From positions 167,367-231,366 of IMG/VR virus record IMGVR_UViG_3300030339_000003: a stretch of 64,000 bases of DNA; one strand, given 5' to 3'. Under the pieces are notes generated by a model, which saw nothing but the letters and a program-made list of their open reading frames with translations, was not told the DNA's origin and did not search any database. Of the stretch, positions 58,472 to 64,000 are shown one piece after another. The position numbers and the translations under genes are program-made. The first letter of the stretch is position 1; each line of letters starts with the position of its first letter.

Positions 58472-58491
58472 TTGATAATATAGATTTAAAA
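58472..58491 (-). promoter_or_regulatory. Early promoter variant upstream of HD gene
   Basis: TTTTAAATCTATATTATCAA. Confidence 0.55.
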
Positions 58492-58543
58492 TATTTTGTA
58501 TTTTGATGATTTTATGTCTCCAATCTTTCAAAAGGAACATTAA

Positions 58544-59716
58544 GTGAGCAAGTTGATTAATCTTTTAACGGATCCCGTGCTGTACAACGGTAAAACATTA
58601 TACCCTTCTCAAAAGAGCAAATTGGATGCTCTGACTGGTGATGATTTTACTGTTTCTAATTTACAAAATATAGATTATTACAATAATGGTTATCAAGCGG
58701 ATTTAATTACAACCGACGGGTTCGTTAGAGCTTCCGCTCAAAAGTGGAATTCCGCCATTCCTGTTAATTTAAAGAATGTGCAAACAAATGGTGTTGCGGG
58801 TAACTTATTGGATTGTATCCAACAACCGTCAAATGCTATTACTTACACTATTGACGGCAATGTAAAGAACGTATATATTTGTGTGGTTGATGGTGCCGAT
58901 GACGCTCAAGTATTAGCAGGGTTACAAACAGGATTGGGGATCGCATTAACTACAGATGATTATACATTATCTACCCCAGCAGCTAATACACCTAATTATC
59001 GTAAAGTTGTTTTTAAATCACCATATTTAGTTGGAAATGTGTATGTTGTTTCTACACGTTTTGAAAGCGCCATATTTGTTACTTTACCAAATCTTAATAT
59101 TGGGCGGGTCACGTACACCGCCACGCAACAAACTCCTTCAGTAGATAAACTTACTGTAGCCTCGGCATTAGCTTGGAATGCTTATTATGCGTCATGGAAT
59201 TCAACTGTCAGTTTAGAAGACATGACTAACCGTTTATCTGGCAATATGTACAACCAATTAGTATTCTTTAATGAACTATATACGTTATATAGTGGCGGCA
59301 CAGGCAATACTTATTTTAATTGTAAAAACGGTTTAATTGACGGCTCCAATACTTGGGGTTATAATAAGTTGACTTACACTGTTTCATTATTTGCTGATTC
59401 TGATTGGTTTGATTTTATTCCTTTAAGCAATTTAGACGACCTAGCGACTATGGATAAAGAAGGTTTTTATTCGGTAGCCGATCAATCCACATTTAAGTTT
59501 TGGTTAATGGTTGATGCAAATTCTGGTGCAATTAACACCATGTTGAACAAACATAGTGAAAAGATTTATTTCATGCCAGAAGACTACGATTTTAGTATTA
59601 GTGGCTCTGGTGATAATGGAATTCCGCAACCAACTTATAAGTATCGTGGTCGCTTTACAATGACCAATGCAATTATGCAAGACGGTTCAATATATGTAAG
59701 ATGGATTGGTGAATAA
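58544..59716 (+). CDS. Probable virion structural protein
   Basis: N-terminal ~170 aa homologous to 43430..44074; Asn/Thr/Tyr-rich C-terminal extension. Confidence 0.5.
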   Translation: MSKLINLLTDPVLYNGKTLYPSQKSKLDALTGDDFTVSNLQNIDYYNNGYQADLITTDGFVRASAQKWNSAIPVNLKNVQTNGVAGNLLDCIQQPSNAITYTIDGNVKNVYICVVDGADDAQVLAGLQTGLGIALTTDDYTLSTPAANTPNYRKVVFKSPYLVGNVYVVSTRFESAIFVTLPNLNIGRVTYTATQQTPSVDKLTVASALAWNAYYASWNSTVSLEDMTNRLSGNMYNQLVFFNELYTLYSGGTGNTYFNCKNGLIDGSNTWGYNKLTYTVSLFADSDWFDFIPLSNLDDLATMDKEGFYSVADQSTFKFWLMVDANSGAINTMLNKHSEKIYFMPEDYDFSISGSGDNGIPQPTYKYRGRFTMTNAIMQDGSIYVRWIGE

Positions 59717-59728
59717 TAAACATTAAAA

Positions 59729-59760
59729 TATATACTCTCAGCGTAAGCTGAGAGTATATA
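59729..59760. terminator. Bidirectional terminator
   Basis: tatatactctcagc-gtaa-gctgagagtatata between convergent genes. Confidence 0.8.
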
Positions 59761-59763
59761 GAG

Positions 59764-60657
59764 TTATAGTTGTAATTCAAATACAACACAAGTCATTGTA
59801 TTTGTTGTTGTTGTCATGTTCCATGTGCCGCCAACATTATTATTATTTGCTATTGCCGACATAGCCAATGGTGTGCTAGCTGCTTTATAATTTCCTGCAA
59901 TTATCCATGGGCTTCCTGATGGCAATGACAATACCAAATCTGAACATTTTGGAATATCAAATTGTAAAGAACGTAATCCCGACATGGTTGCAAATAACGC
60001 TGCCATTTCTGATTTTGCATAAGTATCGTCAAAATTAGTTAGCAGACCGTTACTTCCGGTAATGAATTCACCAAAGGGATTTATTTCGGTGGTGAACTTA
60101 TTGGTGACGTAAGGAAATCTGGCAAGGTAATTAAAGTCATTTAAAGAAACAATTACCCCGTTCGTCACCCTGTCTGTTCCAGCGGCAGGAAATAACTTAC
60201 TCATCACATTAACGGCGTAACCCTGACAATAATAAGAATTAGCAAAATAAATAATACGTCCGTTTATAATCCATTTAAACCATTTAAGTGGGTTTGTGTA
60301 GGGCGGAGGTCCCGCTATCGCTCTTACATCGGTATACGATGGAAGTAATGAAGCATCTACCTCACCAAAATACCCAACTTCCCAATCACCCCTAATTGGA
60401 ACGGCGTTACCGGGTCCTGCATTTGGGAAGTTAGCCAGCGGGATAACAATAGAAGATCCGGTACTTTCATTCAGTGTATTTAATACTTTATAAAAATATA
60501 CCGTATTATCCAAAGCCGAGGTGTCTATATATGAAGTTGTTCCGTGCTCGATAGTTGCTAATGTATTAAACGTGCCATTTCTTGTATCGCTTCGCTGTAC
60601 GATGACTACCTCTTCAGGGTCAAAAACATGCTCAAGCCAATTAACAATAATAGACAT
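59764..60657 (-). CDS. phiKZ gp131-like tail/baseplate protein, subtype A
   Basis: FN3-like N-domain, GPG..RGDW.GYFGEV, WFKWIINGRIIYF, PYVTNKFTT. Confidence 0.75.
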   Translation of the reverse strand: MSIIVNWLEHVFDPEEVVIVQRSDTRNGTFNTLATIEHGTTSYIDTSALDNTVYFYKVLNTLNESTGSSIVIPLANFPNAGPGNAVPIRGDWEVGYFGEVDASLLPSYTDVRAIAGPPPYTNPLKWFKWIINGRIIYFANSYYCQGYAVNVMSKLFPAAGTDRVTNGVIVSLNDFNYLARFPYVTNKFTTEINPFGEFITGSNGLLTNFDDTYAKSEMAALFATMSGLRSLQFDIPKCSDLVLSLPSGSPWIIAGNYKAASTPLAMSAIANNNNVGGTWNMTTTTNTMTCVVFELQL

Positions 60658-60659
60658 AA

Positions 60660-61598
60660 TTAACTCGCTGGTAAAAGTTCCACAATAGGTAAAATAACAC
60701 CAGCTGAAAGAGTATTTGTTGACAACATCATACTGTCAACCCATTGTCCGCCAGTAACTTGTAAAGTTATTACTTTAGCATTGCTTTCCACAAAAGTATT
60801 AGTAAAATAGTTTTGTGCAGCAAAAGTACTCAAAGCAAAATCATGAAAACGCATGTGGTCGCTAACACTTAATGCGTCGACACCTTGTTGTATCGTTTTA
60901 ATGAAAGCCATAAGCTCAGCTTTAGCAAATGTACTGCCTGGATTAATGATAACACCTGTTGATGTATTCGCAGTGATATCATTATTAGGGTTTTGTTCCG
61001 TGGTAACTAATGTAGAAGCGTAAGGTAAACGTGCTAAGAAATTGTAACTACCAACAGTTACCTTGGCTCCATTTGCAATACGATCAGCACCAGCAGCAAC
61101 AAATAATTTCCCAGAAGATATTCCCGGATTACTGGTTACAATACCCGCTGTCATTGATGTCCCAAAGACATTGTTTGGAATAAAAACAATTCTTCCCCCA
61201 ATAATCCATTTAGCCCAAGTAGTCGGAGAAGCTACAGGGGTAGGGGTAATATTGGCAGCAGTTTTGATTTGCGCCCACGTAGGTAATAAAGCGGCAGCTA
61301 CTTCACCGAATAACCCGAATTCCCAATCCCCACGCAGTATTGTAGTTGGGCCCGGCCCAATGTTTGTCACGTTACGCATTGGTATTACGTTAGAATAAGC
61401 AACGTCTGTTCCAATAGCGGCATCAACACGATAAAAATAAAGAGTATCGTTAAGCGCGGTATTATCGGTGATTGACGTTACGCTGCCCGCTACTGAGTCT
61501 ATTAATGTAGTGGGTCCGTTTCTTGTAGTGCTTCGATATATTCTGATGTTGTCTAAAGCAGCAGAATTACGATTTGACCATTTGATTGTAATAGCCAT
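60660..61598 (-). CDS. phiKZ gp131-like protein, subtype B
   Basis: Same motifs; IYRSTTRNGP, PYASTLVTT..NPNNDIT. Confidence 0.75.
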   Translation of the reverse strand: MAITIKWSNRNSAALDNIRIYRSTTRNGPTTLIDSVAGSVTSITDNTALNDTLYFYRVDAAIGTDVAYSNVIPMRNVTNIGPGPTTILRGDWEFGLFGEVAAALLPTWAQIKTAANITPTPVASPTTWAKWIIGGRIVFIPNNVFGTSMTAGIVTSNPGISSGKLFVAAGADRIANGAKVTVGSYNFLARLPYASTLVTTEQNPNNDITANTSTGVIINPGSTFAKAELMAFIKTIQQGVDALSVSDHMRFHDFALSTFAAQNYFTNTFVESNAKVITLQVTGGQWVDSMMLSTNTLSAGVILPIVELLPAS

Positions 61599-61606
61599 AT
61601 GTTACC

Positions 61607-62530
61607 TTAAAGTAATAATTCGTATACCGGTAAAAACGAACAAGGATCGCCCGACAAAATGCGCTGAGCGTATACTTCTTGAATGCTTTGACTGTTGCTG
61701 CCACCAGGCATTGCTGTTTTGTACTGGTCCACGTAAGTGTTTGTTAACCAATAAGTCACGTTATTTCGAAAATTAAATGCAGTGTCATTAACTTTATAAC
61801 CTTTACTTAATTTTGGTGTAGTGACGGATTGGCCAGAAAACGTGTTTTGTATGGCTTGTATTTCAGATTTGGTGATTGTATCATCATTGACGTCTAGATA
61901 AGTTCCCGACCCCGTTACAAATTCACCATTTGGGTTTAATTCCGTTGTGAATTTATTTGTAGCATATGGGCATCTAATTAAAAAATTAAATCCATTTAAA
62001 GGAATTGTAACGCCATTAGCAATACGATCACTACCTGCCGGATAAATAAACATTTTACCCAAAGTGTTATATGCGCCAGACACATCATAATTATAAAACG
62101 TAAAGGGGAAGAAAATAATTCTTCCGTTTACTATCCACTTAAACCACGTACTGGCGTTGTTTGTAGTACCGTCTGAACTTACACCAGTAGCATTTTTTAT
62201 CATGGTAAAGGTGGGTAAGTCAGCAGGCAATACTGGACCAAAATAACCGAATTCCCAGTCCCCACGAATAATACTAGCGGGACCAGGACCACTGTTTGGA
62301 AAATTAGCAGCGGGCACTATTAACGATTGACCGGTATCATTGCCTACGATGTTTTCTATTTGATAAAAATAAACTTTATTATTGACCGCCGTAGTGTCTT
62401 CATAAGTTAACAAAGTCCCGTCTAAAGTAGCTAGTAAGATATAAGTTCCCTTACGTTGATCACTACGCCACACTTTAATGCTATCGGGTGTGGCTGTTCG
62501 TAACGGCAACCAATTAATAGTAATAGACAT
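61607..62530 (-). CDS. phiKZ gp131-like protein, subtype A
   Basis: ANFPNSGPG, PYATNKFTTELNPNGEF. Confidence 0.75.
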   Translation of the reverse strand: MSITINWLPLRTATPDSIKVWRSDQRKGTYILLATLDGTLLTYEDTTAVNNKVYFYQIENIVGNDTGQSLIVPAANFPNSGPGPASIIRGDWEFGYFGPVLPADLPTFTMIKNATGVSSDGTTNNASTWFKWIVNGRIIFFPFTFYNYDVSGAYNTLGKMFIYPAGSDRIANGVTIPLNGFNFLIRCPYATNKFTTELNPNGEFVTGSGTYLDVNDDTITKSEIQAIQNTFSGQSVTTPKLSKGYKVNDTAFNFRNNVTYWLTNTYVDQYKTAMPGGSNSQSIQEVYAQRILSGDPCSFLPVYELLL

Positions 62531-62539
62531 AATTACGCC

Positions 62540-63421
62540 TTAAATAAGCAATTCAAGAATAGGCCAAAACATTGATCCGGAATCCATAGCTAGTGCAAAT
62601 CCAACAGTAAACCCAGACCCATTACGAAGAGTATTCATAGGTCCAACACCCAGTATTCGTGTTGAATCGTACCACGTGTTGGTCATGAGGTATTGCGCAA
62701 TGCCTCCGGAAGACATATCACCCATTCGATTAGGTAAAAAAATACCTGTTTGATCTTCAATGGTAGAACTTGCTATTAAAGCTCCGACTTCGGATTTTGC
62801 TATGGTCGGCTCTAATTTATCGAGCGTAATATCGTTATCTGGATTTACCCCCGTAGTCGTTTTAATGCTGGCATAAGGGCAACGCACCCCATAATAAAAC
62901 CCATTCTTTTCAACTCGCACCATAGAAGTAGGATCCGAGTTAGCAGAGAGTAAAATTCCTTTAGTATTACCGGGAGTGAAATTGGTATAATAGAAATTAT
63001 CTGGAATAAATATAATCTTCCCATTAACAACCCATTTATACCATTTCGTGGGGTTAAGTCCGGTTGCCGTAATTGTACCAGCTGCCGCAATATCACCAAA
63101 GGTTGGTAGATTATCTAAAATAACCTCACCAAACGTTCCAAACTCCCAATCTCCTCGCTTTATACGGTTATCTCCAGGACCTTGAAACGGATAGTTAGCC
63201 ATCGGTATAATGTTGGATAAAGATTCGTCAGAACCAATTACAGAACCTACACGATAAAAATAAATTTTGTAATTATCCGCGGTGTTATCAGTGTATGTTA
63301 ACAAATTACCAGCAATTGTGTCAATAAGAGTTAAAGGACCATTACGGGTATTACTGCGATAAATTTTAATAGCATCTAAAACTGCGGTATTATTATTCAG
63401 CCACTTTATTGTAACGGTCAT
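62540..63421 (-). CDS. phiKZ gp131-like protein, subtype B
   Basis: IYRSNTRNGP, PYASIKTTT..NPDNDIT. Confidence 0.75.
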   Translation of the reverse strand: MTVTIKWLNNNTAVLDAIKIYRSNTRNGPLTLIDTIAGNLLTYTDNTADNYKIYFYRVGSVIGSDESLSNIIPMANYPFQGPGDNRIKRGDWEFGTFGEVILDNLPTFGDIAAAGTITATGLNPTKWYKWVVNGKIIFIPDNFYYTNFTPGNTKGILLSANSDPTSMVRVEKNGFYYGVRCPYASIKTTTGVNPDNDITLDKLEPTIAKSEVGALIASSTIEDQTGIFLPNRMGDMSSGGIAQYLMTNTWYDSTRILGVGPMNTLRNGSGFTVGFALAMDSGSMFWPILELLI

Positions 63422-63444
63422 TTAAATATCCCTTATGACATCAT

Positions 63445-64000
63445 TTAAAATTGCAATTCAAGAATAGGCCACCAAATAAAACGAGTCGTTACGCCATTGG
63501 TTGCAATAACGGTAGTTCCTGGACTAACCAAATCTTCTGTTTTAAATAACAGAGTGTCTGTAATATAAGTATTAGAAATGATACCTTGACTTACGCTAGT
63601 CACGTCATAGTCAGAAAACTTTTGTCCGTTAAGTTCAGCTATCAGAGCCATGTTCCGAACAATTGATGCAAGAATAGCACCCATTTCGGTTTTAGTCATG
63701 TCAGTGTCATATTGAGTAATAACATTATTTTCGTCTACCGCAAACAATCCTCCCGCATTAACAGCGGTCGTGAATTTATTTGTAGCATATGGGGAACGGA
63801 TTAAGAATTGATAATCCCCCTTATTTACAATATTTGCGGATGTTGCAGGGTCGGCTCCAGCTGGAAGAACAGCCGTACCAATGCCCGAACTTCCAGACCC
63901 AAATAAACTATTATAAGAATAGTAGTTATTTGGAATAAAAATAATGCGACCGTTAACAACCCATTTCAGCCATGTATCCATTGTACCGATTTGGTTTATA
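63445..64000 (-). CDS. phiKZ gp131-like protein, subtype A (5' truncated by window edge)
   Basis: Frame open to the edge; WLKWVVNGRIIF, PYATNKFTT, WWPILEL. Confidence 0.75.
   Translation of the reverse strand, partial: INQIGTMDTWLKWVVNGRIIFIPNNYYSYNSLFGSGSSGIGTAVLPAGADPATSANIVNKGDYQFLIRSPYATNKFTTAVNAGGLFAVDENNVITQYDTDMTKTEMGAILASIVRNMALIAELNGQKFSDYDVTSVSQGIISNTYITDTLLFKTEDLVSPGTTVIATNGVTTRFIWWPILELQF

Noticed and set aside
59764-64000. Diversity-generating retroelement or invertible host-range cassette
   Set aside because: No reverse transcriptase, TR/VR nucleotide repeat or invertase seen; paralogs are diverged at DNA level
1-64000. CRISPR arrays, tRNAs, stop-codon reassignment
   Set aside because: Hairpin repeats are dispersed rather than spacer-separated; no cloverleaf noticed; core genes are intact in code 11

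Overview
Window from a phiKZ-like (Chimalliviridae-type) jumbo myophage genome. The GroEL-like chaperonin and an EL188-type endolysin next to the virion RNAP genes suggest the EL/OBP-like lineage. Core late modules: prohead protease, four of the five virion RNA polymerase subunits, endolysin, a 2570-aa tape-measure/tail lysin, a baseplate-type protein, UvsX, an RNase H homolog, an SF2 helicase and a tandem gp131-like tail protein array. These alternate with minus-strand early cassettes driven by a TATATTAC-type promoter and bounded by a family of GNRA-loop hairpins. No tRNA, rRNA, CRISPR array, integrase, intron or intein was seen. The most interesting observations are an early operon combining HD, ParB-like and QueC-like PP-loop enzymes with basic-tailed small proteins, an RNase H homolog lacking all four catalytic carboxylates, a GH19+M15 tail lysin with an Arg-rich and hydrophobic segment, and an A-B-A-B-A gp131-like array. 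Assignments come from motif reading and recalled synteny; no database searches were run.
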